A stretch of 64,000 bases of DNA, taken from SAR86 cluster bacterium (GTDB lineage: Bacteria > Pseudomonadota > Gammaproteobacteria > Pseudomonadales > Pseudohongiellaceae). Below the pieces are notes generated by a model that worked only from the letters and a program-made list of their open reading frames with translations, was not told the DNA's origin and did not search any database. This document shows positions 27,289 through 36,491 of this stretch, piece after piece. The position numbers and the translations under genes are program-made. How positions within the stretch are numbered: position 1 is the first letter of the stretch; the number at the start of each line of letters is the position of its first letter. Location of the stretch: positions 610-64,609 of the forward strand of contig NVVJ01000011.1 of the NCBI GenBank assembly GCA_002402175.1, given 5' to 3'.

Positions 27289-28347
27289 TTACACTGCCTT
27301 CGGGAGATTCAAAACGAACGTCATCGGCGCATTTTCTGGCGTTATTGCCACTAATGCCCCTCCAGCGCCTGTAGCTAGCTGCCTGGCGTGATATAGCCCA
27401 ATGCCAAGCCCATCGCCTTTCTCGCTCCAAAACGGCTCAAATAGCCTTTCTGGCCATAAACAAGGGCTGCCGTTAGTATCTTTTATTGAAATTTCTATAT
27501 TTTTCTCTAACTCTTTGATATCTATGCTTATTGAGAGCATTGAGTCAGGATTTCGTCGATTTTGATCAATATAGTTACCAAACAGATTGTCACAGATGCT
27601 GCTCAGAGACTGCTGATTAATCAGGGCATCACCTGTTCCGCTGATATTGACCTTCAGTTCATGTATGTCTGCCGTGGTAAGAAATGCGTCATTCAAGCTA
27701 ATCCTCTCCATATTACTACTGGGTACCGGGCTGGAAAGCGTACTTAAAAACCGGTCCGAGCGCTCGTGTAATGTTGGCATAACCGTTCGCAGGCTATTAA
27801 GTAACTTCTCTTCTTTACCCTGGGGAGTGTTTTCTAGCTGGTCTGCTACAAGAGAAATCAATTGTACGATGTTCTTCATATCGTGTTGCAGAAACACGCT
27901 GAGCTTCGCTGTTTGTGCAAAGGCGCCTTGCACAGTACCCAGTTTCACCCACATGTCGGTGTACAAAAGCAGGAAAAAACTTTCTGATAATATGTTGCTG
28001 AAATATCTCTGCTCAAAGCGTCGCTTGCCATCGTATAAATTTACCACCAGCGTTATGTCATCAACCTCTAGTTTACGATGAATAAAAACCTCACCTTCCT
28101 TACCCAGAGTTTTTGAAAGCGTTGAACCGAACCAGTCCAAATGCCAACTGATACCCATGAAACCTGCTTTTTCCAAAGGCTCCCAGCAGTGCCTTAGGAA
28201 ATCGGGCAAATCAAATTCAAGCTGCTCATTGAGATTCACTAATTCGTTGGTAATACGAGCACGACGAGTTGCCTGCCTCAGCAACCAGGATGTCGCTAAT
28301 ATGATACTAATACCGATTAAAATCAGATAAGGGTAAAGACTAGCCAT
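27289..28347 (-). CDS. Membrane-anchored histidine kinase without a periplasmic sensor domain
   Basis: Single N-terminal TM LYPYLILIGISIILATSWLL. H-box FLQHDMKNIVQLISLV. HATPase G-boxes GDGLGIGLYHARQL. ATG 28347 overlaps the RR stop by 8 nt (gATGGCTAG). Confidence 0.8.
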   Translation of the reverse strand: MASLYPYLILIGISIILATSWLLRQATRRARITNELVNLNEQLEFDLPDFLRHCWEPLEKAGFMGISWHLDWFGSTLSKTLGKEGEVFIHRKLEVDDITLVVNLYDGKRRFEQRYFSNILSESFFLLLYTDMWVKLGTVQGAFAQTAKLSVFLQHDMKNIVQLISLVADQLENTPQGKEEKLLNSLRTVMPTLHERSDRFLSTLSSPVPSSNMERISLNDAFLTTADIHELKVNISGTGDALINQQSLSSICDNLFGNYIDQNRRNPDSMLSISIDIKELEKNIEISIKDTNGSPCLWPERLFEPFWSEKGDGLGIGLYHARQLATGAGGALVAITPENAPMTFVLNLPKAV

Positions 28348-29011
28348 CGTCACGTTTGATACCAAATTTTTTCAGAAAATAGTAGATGCTCTCTCGTTTT
28401 AGCCCAAGCCTCGCTGCACTTTGATACACGTTAAATCCCGTGTCTTTTAATACATGACGCACCAGCTTTTCCTCCGCTTCCTCACGTACGGCTTTCAATC
28501 CATCCGCCACTCTCGCATTGATCTGTAGGCGCGTTAGACCTTCGGTGTCAGATAGGGTTTTCTCATTCTCGAAAAACATCACCGCTCTTTGTACAGAGTT
28601 TAAAATAGCTTCGGAACGAGAAGGCTTGGACAAAAAATCAAATGCCCCCTCTTTAATGGCCGCCAGAGCAGAGCTTTCCTCATCCTGCCCGGTAAGCACG
28701 ACTATTTTTGCTGGGTGCAACTGTGCAATCACAGACTTGATAACCGCCAGTCCCTCGACAGTGGTGTGGGGCGACGGAGGCAAACCGAGATCAAGAATGA
28801 TAACTGCAATTCCAGAGTCGGATTTTAAAATGGCCTCTGCACTAAGTTTGCTATCTGCTTCTTGTACGTGATATCCCTTAATCTCCAAGACATTTCGAAG
28901 TATGTGCCGCAAAGCCGGATCATCTTCGACCAGCAGAATTTTCGCAATATTCTCGCTCTCAGCTTTCTCTGCATTATTGTCAGGAGAGTTATTATCAGAT
29001 TGTTTGTTCAA
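28340..29011 (-). CDS. Response regulator, REC plus Fis-type HTH, lacking an AAA+ sigma54-activation domain
   Basis: REC domain KILLVEDD, VIILDLGLPPSP, FDFLSKP. C-terminal HTH_8-like NVYQSAARLGLKRESIYYFLKKFGI. At 223 aa there is no room for an AAA+ module. Only a TTG start is available, at 29011. Confidence 0.8.
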   Translation of the reverse strand: MNKQSDNNSPDNNAEKAESENIAKILLVEDDPALRHILRNVLEIKGYHVQEADSKLSAEAILKSDSGIAVIILDLGLPPSPHTTVEGLAVIKSVIAQLHPAKIVVLTGQDEESSALAAIKEGAFDFLSKPSRSEAILNSVQRAVMFFENEKTLSDTEGLTRLQINARVADGLKAVREEAEEKLVRHVLKDTGFNVYQSAARLGLKRESIYYFLKKFGIKRDDG

Positions 29012-29058
29012 TTCTATGCCTTACGATTTCGAATGAGAAAGACAACAGGAGTATTAGA

Positions 29059-29802
29059 TTAGGGCAATTGACCGGCTGCAATCATTCTAGTGAACAATAT
29101 GCCCGGAGAAATCCATGTAACCAGGTCGTCAAACGTATCTTCGATATATGCGCTTTGTACAAAGTCATCGTCATTAGGTAAACGATAGCCATTAAGTGTT
29201 CTCTCTCCTGAGTTTTCTGTCTCATCTACATCGGCCCCGGTAAAATCTACCCAGTCGGCACCTAGAGACATAATCACCACGGGAACCGCATCGGCAATTA
29301 CAGTTCCGCAGGCGGCCGCGTCACAGACTCGAAAAGTCGGGGCCATTGCTGCTATTCCCACACCTCTAATACCATTAGAGGTGGTAAATGCATCACCGTT
29401 AGAATCGCTGACCGAATAACGATAAGCGCCCAGCCATTTATCCATTAGTAATCCATTAATATCGAGCGCACCACTGAGCCCCAGTGTTGCTGATGGAACA
29501 AGGCCATGTTCTTCCGTGCATGCGCCTCCACCTACAGGTACTTCGGCGCCGTTACTGGTTGGAGTTGCCGGGCATGGCAACCTGCCCGTAGCTTGAGCAT
29601 AGCCATAAAGGGCTTCAACAATATCATCAAGTTTTGCTTCAGCATTGCGGCGGTTGTTCATTTCCTGAGTCTGGCTCAGTGAAATTAGTAAACCACCCAA
29701 TAGTGTAGACACGATGACTAAAACAATAGCCATCTCAATAAGACTAAACCCTAAAGAAGATTTTGCACTTTTAATTTTATTTCTCCTTGTCGTCGTTAGC
29801 AT
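29059..29802 (-). CDS. Prepilin-type minor (pseudo)pilin
   Basis: SSLG/FSLIEMAIVLVIVSTLLGGLL cleavage-methylation motif. YAQATGRLPCPA motif. Four Cys residues. Confidence 0.8.
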   Translation of the reverse strand: MLTTTRRNKIKSAKSSLGFSLIEMAIVLVIVSTLLGGLLISLSQTQEMNNRRNAEAKLDDIVEALYGYAQATGRLPCPATPTSNGAEVPVGGGACTEEHGLVPSATLGLSGALDINGLLMDKWLGAYRYSVSDSNGDAFTTSNGIRGVGIAAMAPTFRVCDAAACGTVIADAVPVVIMSLGADWVDFTGADVDETENSGERTLNGYRLPNDDDFVQSAYIEDTFDDLVTWISPGILFTRMIAAGQLP

Positions 29803-30725
29803 CGCACACCAGCTTTACTAATACCGGGCACTCCAACATTAAGCGTATAGACAATATTGCAATTACTAAACGCTAACGTGGCACTGTCAGCTGTTACTTG
29901 CGTGTATAGGGTATTTAACACCCACGTATTCGCCCCAATCCACGCTGGCGCAGCACCCATTGCAGTGATAAATTCAGCTTGATCCAAGGGATAGATCCCA
30001 TTTAACACATGAAATACATTCAACTCTAGCTTCATGGCTTCTGCAACTCGTGCAGAAACTGGTGATAAGATCTCACTAGTTGTTATCGTCAAGACTCTGT
30101 CATTAAAATTTTCTGGGTCAAGTGCATCACTGCTTACATAGGTTGGGCCGGCGACATTATCAGCTTCAAGATAATTCGCACTGGTATTGTTCCCTCTAAG
30201 TTGCACTCCAGTAGCCCCGCCGGGAGCAATCAGAATAGCTGCTATCCCTCCTTGCCCATCAAGAGATAAATTACCGTTTGATGTTGTATTCAAAATTCCT
30301 GTTGGACTTCGCTTGAAATCGTCTGACAACGTATACCAGAATTGTTCATCAATGCCACTATTGAAGTTTGAAAATGAGAACACTGCCGCAGATGGAAGTA
30401 TTATCGAGACAGGAAGACGCCCAAGGGAATTACCTGGACATGGCGAATCTTCGATACCATCTCCATTGGTGTCGGGACAAATTAAACGCCCCGGGGCTCC
30501 ATCCGTAGCCGAGTAATAATCACCATGCAATACGGCGTAGGCTATTAGCGCATCCTTTGCGTCACGCATAGCCAACATAACATTGCTGTCGCGTTGTCGT
30601 GTCAGTATATTGTTATCGAATATCACAAGAATTGCACTGGTGCTGGCAAGAACAAAAACGATCATTAATACAATAAGTATGACGCCGCGCTGCCGAACTG
30701 CTGGCGCAGAAACAAGCCTAGTCAT
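29796..30725 (-). CDS. GspK/PilX-like pilin-related protein (no canonical G/F-x-x-x-E site)
   Basis: The N-terminus VRQRGVILIVLMIVFVLASTSAIL resembles the GspK QRGVAL... start. GRLICPD and LGRLP motifs are shared with the neighbouring pilins. Confidence 0.55.
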   Translation of the reverse strand: MTRLVSAPAVRQRGVILIVLMIVFVLASTSAILVIFDNNILTRQRDSNVMLAMRDAKDALIAYAVLHGDYYSATDGAPGRLICPDTNGDGIEDSPCPGNSLGRLPVSIILPSAAVFSFSNFNSGIDEQFWYTLSDDFKRSPTGILNTTSNGNLSLDGQGGIAAILIAPGGATGVQLRGNNTSANYLEADNVAGPTYVSSDALDPENFNDRVLTITTSEILSPVSARVAEAMKLELNVFHVLNGIYPLDQAEFITAMGAAPAWIGANTWVLNTLYTQVTADSATLAFSNCNIVYTLNVGVPGISKAGVRC

Positions 30726-31330
30726 TGTGTAATATCTCGAATTTCCTGTGCTTGTTCAATCAACACCTGAACGTCTTCTTCGCGAACTGGCAGTTCTTGC
30801 TCGCGAACAATCTCTGATTCATCTACAACGTCGGCTACAGCACGATATTGATAGGATTCATACAACTGACCTGTAGTCAGGTTTAGAACCTGACCTGGTT
30901 TTAAATGAAAGCTGACATTGGAATCAGGGTCATGAATTCGAAGCTGTCCTTTATTGAAAGGCGTTAACAACTGAATGTTTTCTGGTAAGTTGTCCTGATC
31001 ATATGACTGATTATTTATCCAAACGGTATAGCGGCCATCGCTGCGCAACATGGCACCCCCTACACTATAAATAATGTCTTCTAGCTCTCCATTGTCGAGC
31101 TCGGTAACATTTGGAAGCTGTGCTATGTCGGTTAGAATCTCAGTTACGGATTCTGGATGTAAAGAACCATTTCGCAAGCGGTCCAGTTCAGCTCGTAAAG
31201 CAGGTGTGCTAAACAAACGCTGTAACGATTGAGCACTGACAAAGCTCGGCCACAATAGTGCTAAGACCGCCGTTGTGATTGCAGTAATTGCCTGTATCTT
31301 ATGCCTGTTGTTATTCAAATACATAAGCAC
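30722..31330 (-). CDS. Secreted periplasmic protein in the PilP/MshK/GspC position
   Basis: 202 aa with signal peptide AVLALLWPSFVSA/Q. ATGA overlap with the next gene. No motif recognisable by eye. Confidence 0.4.
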   Translation of the reverse strand: MLMYLNNNRHKIQAITAITTAVLALLWPSFVSAQSLQRLFSTPALRAELDRLRNGSLHPESVTEILTDIAQLPNVTELDNGELEDIIYSVGGAMLRSDGRYTVWINNQSYDQDNLPENIQLLTPFNKGQLRIHDPDSNVSFHLKPGQVLNLTTGQLYESYQYRAVADVVDESEIVREQELPVREEDVQVLIEQAQEIRDITQ

Positions 31331-31339
31331 TCTTGCTCT

Positions 31340-31999
31340 CTATTCATCGTATCCAAACGCGTCTGGCCCAGTATTGGATTCTCGTCGTAATGTGTACCAG
31401 GTAAATTCACACGTAGCCACCTGGTGCTCCACAAATTCGAGTAAATTTCTGCCATCAAGCAAGGTAGCAACAATGGTGCATTCGTTGCTTACCATTAGCC
31501 TTCCTGTGTTTAGAAAATCAGCCAGGAAGCGAGTCAGATCTTCCTCGTGTAGAAGTGGCAAGCGGATCTGTACAATACTACTACGCAGAGAAATATCTTC
31601 GTCGGGGTAATCTATACCCTCTTCGTAAAGTAGCGGCTGACTATTTTGCTCTCTCACATCAACATCAATAGGAAACAATTGATATTTGTTACGTATATTT
31701 CGAATATCTTCAAGTAGGGAAACTCGGTCTTCATCTGCCATGATTTGATTAGCGGTCATAGTGTTAAAACGATCTATGTTTTCAACTATTATTCTTTCCG
31801 ATGACTCAATTTGTCGTATTTCCTGTGATATCACATCAAAGTCTGTAAGAATCCCGTTTTCGAGTCGCCGCATCTCTCCCTGATAATAGAACGCCCCCCA
31901 ATAAATAGCAGTCGATACAGTTATTGCAAAAAGCAGCAACAGTATCCACCACTTAAGCCATTGCAAATCTTCGCTTCTTTGACGTTGGTGTGAGGCCAT
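31340..31999 (-). CDS. Bitopic inner-membrane protein, PilO/GspM/MshJ-like
   Basis: 219 aa. Short cytoplasmic N-terminus, TM WWILLLLFAITVSTAIYWGAFYY, predicted coiled-coil, then a globular periplasmic domain. Confidence 0.45.
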   Translation of the reverse strand: MASHQRQRSEDLQWLKWWILLLLFAITVSTAIYWGAFYYQGEMRRLENGILTDFDVISQEIRQIESSERIIVENIDRFNTMTANQIMADEDRVSLLEDIRNIRNKYQLFPIDVDVREQNSQPLLYEEGIDYPDEDISLRSSIVQIRLPLLHEEDLTRFLADFLNTGRLMVSNECTIVATLLDGRNLLEFVEHQVATCEFTWYTLRRESNTGPDAFGYDE

Positions 32000-32001
32000 A
32001 A

Positions 32002-33534
32002 TCAGCTATCGAACCTCACATTCAATGAAAACTCCAGATCTAGTATTTCGTCACCAACAATGGTGTTCAATGATGCATTAGCGCCTGACTCTATAGGCAG
32101 TTTTATAGGCGTAACAGTTGCTCCCTCAATCAAATTTAGAGAATTTATAAAACTCTTTAACTCCGTGTCGGAGTTTTCAAAACTGCTACTGCCAACCTGA
32201 CTTCCGTTGAGTTCAATGTTCACTGATGTACTGTCAGTCAACAGCGCATCAGTAAGGCTTGAATCCACCTGGTCTGAGACAAGCTCCCAGGTAACAGAAG
32301 TCAGCGTGATTGCAGAATAACCCTGAATTGCCCTACTTATTGCAGCAAGCAGATCTGTGGGTTGTTGCATCTGACCCCGAATTAACTCGTAGTTGCTAAC
32401 TGCAAGTTCCATGGCTTCGGAAGGTATAGGGGTTTCAGGAAACTGCGCACGTAAGGCATCATATTGATCCCGCACCGGCAATAAGCTCTGGCTTAAGCCG
32501 AAGTAATTGTTCCTTCTTTCTAAGGCATCATTCAAAGCAGGGGCGCTTAACACCCCACTCAATACCATAAATAATACACAGCTCAATACGATGAGGTTGC
32601 GGGCTTGTTTAAGCTCTTTGAAACGAAGTGCCGCAGGTGATGCATATATGTTTCCAAATTTTCCTGTTCGAACCCCCCAGTCAAGACATAACAGTATCGC
32701 TGTAATTTCGTTCTGAGGACCCCCATATTGATCAATAGGCATTAAATCAATTGAGTTGTGATGCTCCACTCTACCAAATTGGCTCGTATCAGCATTGTCA
32801 TCAAATGCGTGGTCTTCAAGCACTGGAGTCACTACGTGTAAGTCCAATTGTTGAGCATTCTTTAATAGTCCAATTCGGTCTAAATATTCTTTAGATTGGA
32901 GTGAAGCAGTCATTATAACTCCCACGAGGTCTGAGTCATGACCGGAGGGCAGCGGTGTAAGCCGGCTAAAAATTAATTTGTCATTGGCGATTAACGACTG
33001 GCGTATCCCGTTTCTTTGCCAGTTGACCAGAAGAATTTCATCACTTGTAACTAGACCTAGCTCTTTCGCAACTTTACATATAGCAAACGCTGGGCTTGTA
33101 ATACTCTTTATTGATATTTCCTGTTCCAATAACAGGCTTACCCAGCCATCTATATTCTGGGACTGTGTGAGCGCGCTGAATAGAACTCTATCATCCCGCC
33201 TGCCAGATTCTTCTCTTCCTAACACTTTAGCTGAACAATATTCTATATTTCGAAAATGCTGATCCATCTTTCTTTCCAGGAAAGACTTACGATCAAAACT
33301 ATTTACATGCGCCACTTTTTCAACAATAAAATCCTCGGCGGGAGAGTCAACCACTACAGTCACAGCAGAAGGTTTGTTCTCGGCTAAATAGTGTTGAAAT
33401 TCCTCATGTCCAAACTCATCTTCTGAGAAAGTAGCTAGCTTCATCAAGCGAGAATTATCCAGGCCATAGATTGCCAAACCCTCAAAATTTATGAGAATAA
33501 TCCGGCGCTCTGAAGACTTAAAAAATCCGAACAT
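32002..33534 (-). CDS. PilM-PilN fusion-like (MshI/GspL-like) assembly protein
   Basis: 510 aa. About 315 aa cytoplasmic domain, one TM (LIVLSCVLFMVLSGVLSAPAL), and about 175 aa periplasmic domain. The architecture matches MshI/GspL. Confidence 0.5.
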   Translation of the reverse strand: MFGFFKSSERRIILINFEGLAIYGLDNSRLMKLATFSEDEFGHEEFQHYLAENKPSAVTVVVDSPAEDFIVEKVAHVNSFDRKSFLERKMDQHFRNIEYCSAKVLGREESGRRDDRVLFSALTQSQNIDGWVSLLLEQEISIKSITSPAFAICKVAKELGLVTSDEILLVNWQRNGIRQSLIANDKLIFSRLTPLPSGHDSDLVGVIMTASLQSKEYLDRIGLLKNAQQLDLHVVTPVLEDHAFDDNADTSQFGRVEHHNSIDLMPIDQYGGPQNEITAILLCLDWGVRTGKFGNIYASPAALRFKELKQARNLIVLSCVLFMVLSGVLSAPALNDALERRNNYFGLSQSLLPVRDQYDALRAQFPETPIPSEAMELAVSNYELIRGQMQQPTDLLAAISRAIQGYSAITLTSVTWELVSDQVDSSLTDALLTDSTSVNIELNGSQVGSSSFENSDTELKSFINSLNLIEGATVTPIKLPIESGANASLNTIVGDEILDLEFSLNVRFDS

Positions 33535-33542
33535 GCCTGCCC

Positions 33543-34748
33543 TTATAGCTGCATACTGCCAATTGAGTCATACACGGGACCCATTACCGAAACCATAACC
33601 CAGCCCAATATTCCACCCAGAAGAACGGTCATCGCAGGCTGTATAAGCGCCTGGACTTTTTCTATTGAGTCTTTGATATCTCGTTCATAGAAATAACTTA
33701 CATTCAGAAGTGCCTGGTCTAACTGACCTGTTGTTTCCCCCACTCGTATCATCCTTACCACTAACGGCGGGAACAACCCGGTATTGTGAAAACTGTCAGA
33801 CACGCCATTGCCATCCTGAATTTCTTCTCGAGCTTTTTTTAGGGCATATCTAATCGCCTCATTGCCCGACACTTTTTCAGTAATTTCAATGCAACGCAAA
33901 ACGGGAATTCCAGCCTTGTACATCATGGCAAACAGGTTAGCGAAACGAGCCAGAATTATCTTTTTAAGAACAGGACCAATTTGCCAGGCGCGCAGCTTGA
34001 ATGCATCTACCTGATATCTTATATCAACACTAACAGCCATGAGGACTCGAAGTATTATAAATAGCACTATTGGAATCAAGGTAAAGAGATACCAATAGTT
34101 AACAAAGAAATTGGAGGTAGCAATAAGTGCTTTCGTATGCGCAGGCAATTCCTGCCCTATGCCTTCAATAAAACTGACTAATTGTGGAACCAGATAAACC
34201 ATTAGGAAGCCAACAACCGCAAATACCACACCGCCAACGAATGCTGGAAATATTAATAATTTTTTTGTAGTGGATATTAATTCATCCTGCCACTTTATCA
34301 TTTCATTTAATGATAGAAACACATCCGGTAATTGACCGCTCTCTTCCCCCGCTGCGATTAAATTAACGAATAAATCATCGAATACTTTGGGGTGCTCTCC
34401 TAAGGCCTGAGACAAGGTTTTACCGGTTTCAATGCTGTCAATTATTTGAGCAATAATTCGACGAAACGCTGCCTGCTCAACACTGTCTCGTAGATCAACC
34501 AGGCCATCAATAATCGATACGCCAGAACGAGTTAGTTGCTCCATATGGAAGCAGAAATTTATCAGGTCTATTCGACGAATATTTCCAGCACCGCTCAATA
34601 TTGACTTGTCTTCAACAAATTTGCACTTAATGAGATCCATGCTCATATGGCTCAGGCGTATTTCCAGATCTGCCTCATTCGCTGCATCCAGCTTGCCGCT
34701 ATGGGACCGCCCCTGAGAATCTATAGCTTTGTAAGTAAATAATGCCAT
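33543..34748 (-). CDS. GspF/PilC/MshG-family inner-membrane platform protein
   Basis: 401 aa. The N-terminus MALFTYKAIDSQGRSHSGKL is typical of the family. Two T2SSF repeats and three TM segments. Confidence 0.9.
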   Translation of the reverse strand: MALFTYKAIDSQGRSHSGKLDAANEADLEIRLSHMSMDLIKCKFVEDKSILSGAGNIRRIDLINFCFHMEQLTRSGVSIIDGLVDLRDSVEQAAFRRIIAQIIDSIETGKTLSQALGEHPKVFDDLFVNLIAAGEESGQLPDVFLSLNEMIKWQDELISTTKKLLIFPAFVGGVVFAVVGFLMVYLVPQLVSFIEGIGQELPAHTKALIATSNFFVNYWYLFTLIPIVLFIILRVLMAVSVDIRYQVDAFKLRAWQIGPVLKKIILARFANLFAMMYKAGIPVLRCIEITEKVSGNEAIRYALKKAREEIQDGNGVSDSFHNTGLFPPLVVRMIRVGETTGQLDQALLNVSYFYERDIKDSIEKVQALIQPAMTVLLGGILGWVMVSVMGPVYDSIGSMQL

Positions 34749-34754
34749 CTTAGC

Positions 34755-36491
34755 TCACACACCAATTCGATCAGTAAGGTCCACCACTCGAGTAATCTCC
34801 TCAAGACTGGTAGTGCCATCAAGTACACGGCGACAGGCGTCGTCGGCCAAGGTACGAAAACCACCTTGTGCTGCCGCCTTTTGCAAAGCATGAGCAGGAG
34901 TACCTTCGGAAATAAGCCTTTGTAAGTCATCACCAATTTGAAGTATTTCTACAATTGCGGTTCTACCTTTGTAGCCCACATGATCACAATCAGGACAACC
35001 AACTGCACGATAAATTTGCGGCGCTTTATCCGTGTCGCTAATGCCCAATAGTTTTCCTTCCAGTTCATCGACATCATGTGATTCTTTACACTTGATACAT
35101 AATTTTCGTAGCAATCGCTGAGCAATAATTCCAATTAAGTTTGCAGATAAAATATCGGGTAGCACGCCAAGGTCTGATAACCGGGGAACGGACCCTACGG
35201 CAGAATTTGTATGAAGTGTAGAGAATACCTGGTGGCCAGTCATGGCTGCACGAAACGCCATTTCTGCAGTGATATCGTCTCTAATTTCTCCCACTAGAAT
35301 GACATCCGGATCTTGCCGCATCATAGATCGAATACCTTCAGCAAAACCCATTTTCGCGGCAGAATTAATCGATGTCTGCCGGATCATAGGCATCGGATAT
35401 TCAACGGGGTCTTCCATCGTCATGATATTGATTGCTTCCGTGTTTATATGGCTAAGCACAGAATAAAGCGTGGTTGTTTTACCGCTGCCGGTAGGACCGG
35501 TTACCAGAATTACTCCCTCTGGCTTAGCCAACATCATTTTGATGGCATATAAATTTTCTTCACTTAGTCCCAAAGAGTCCAGAGGTACAATACCAGTTCT
35601 TCGATCTAGAATTCTCAGGACAACATTCTCGCCATAAGAAGTAGGTTGCGCTGCAACCCTGAAATCAATCTTCCTTCCTATCAGGGTTAGCGAAATACGC
35701 CCGTCCTGGGGCGCCCTGGATTCGGCTATATTCATATTGCTGATTACTTTCAACCTGACAACCATTGCCGGCCAATAACTTTTATGAATACTTCTGACCT
35801 GCCGCAACACACCGTCTATTCGATAACGAATCCGAAGAAAAGCTTCTTCCGGCTCGAAGTGAATATCAGATGCTCCCTGCTGCACTGCATCCGCTAACAG
35901 GGCATTAATCAGGCGGACCATCGGATGACTGTATTGATCGCCTTCTGTTTGCAGGCTATCAAGATCGACTTCACCTGTTTCAATTTCCTGAAGAATTCCA
36001 TCTATTGAAAGATCGAATCCGTAAACCTCTTCGATTATTGTGGTTATATCAATTTCGCTGCCAAGCACAGGGGTGATTTTCAGAGTGTTGTCATGCAGTG
36101 CCCGAATTTGATCCAGAGCAACAATGTTATAAGTGTCTGGCATTGCCACACTCAATTCATTCAGATGAGCACTGTAAGACAGGGGCAAAATTTTATAGCG
36201 CCGCGCCATATCCTGTGGAACCATCTTGAGCGCTTCAGCGCCAATAACCGCGCCGGTCAAATCAACTGTAGAAAATCCGGTATTTTCGGACAAGGCATCA
36301 CGAATAATTGAATCGGTTACGAATCCTAGCTGGATAAGCACCGCACCAATTCTCAAGCCCATTGATTCCTGCTCGCGTAACGCAATCATCAATTGATCTC
36401 TGGTGATAATGCCTTTGTCGATGAGTGCATCACCAAGTTGCTTCTTGCCAGTCCTTGGTTTTTTCGCAGCAGTTTGAGTTTGTTCTGTCAT
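34755..36491 (-). CDS. GspE/MshE-family assembly ATPase with N-terminal MshEN-type domain
   Basis: Walker A GPTGSGKTT, Walker B DPDVILVGEIRD, His box GHQVFSTLHTNSA, tetracysteine CIKCK...CPDCDHVGYKGR. N-terminal motifs QLGDALIDKGIITRDQLMIALREQ and RIGAVLIQLGFVTDSIIRDALSEN. Confidence 0.9.
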   Translation of the reverse strand: MTEQTQTAAKKPRTGKKQLGDALIDKGIITRDQLMIALREQESMGLRIGAVLIQLGFVTDSIIRDALSENTGFSTVDLTGAVIGAEALKMVPQDMARRYKILPLSYSAHLNELSVAMPDTYNIVALDQIRALHDNTLKITPVLGSEIDITTIIEEVYGFDLSIDGILQEIETGEVDLDSLQTEGDQYSHPMVRLINALLADAVQQGASDIHFEPEEAFLRIRYRIDGVLRQVRSIHKSYWPAMVVRLKVISNMNIAESRAPQDGRISLTLIGRKIDFRVAAQPTSYGENVVLRILDRRTGIVPLDSLGLSEENLYAIKMMLAKPEGVILVTGPTGSGKTTTLYSVLSHINTEAINIMTMEDPVEYPMPMIRQTSINSAAKMGFAEGIRSMMRQDPDVILVGEIRDDITAEMAFRAAMTGHQVFSTLHTNSAVGSVPRLSDLGVLPDILSANLIGIIAQRLLRKLCIKCKESHDVDELEGKLLGISDTDKAPQIYRAVGCPDCDHVGYKGRTAIVEILQIGDDLQRLISEGTPAHALQKAAAQGGFRTLADDACRRVLDGTTSLEEITRVVDLTDRIGV

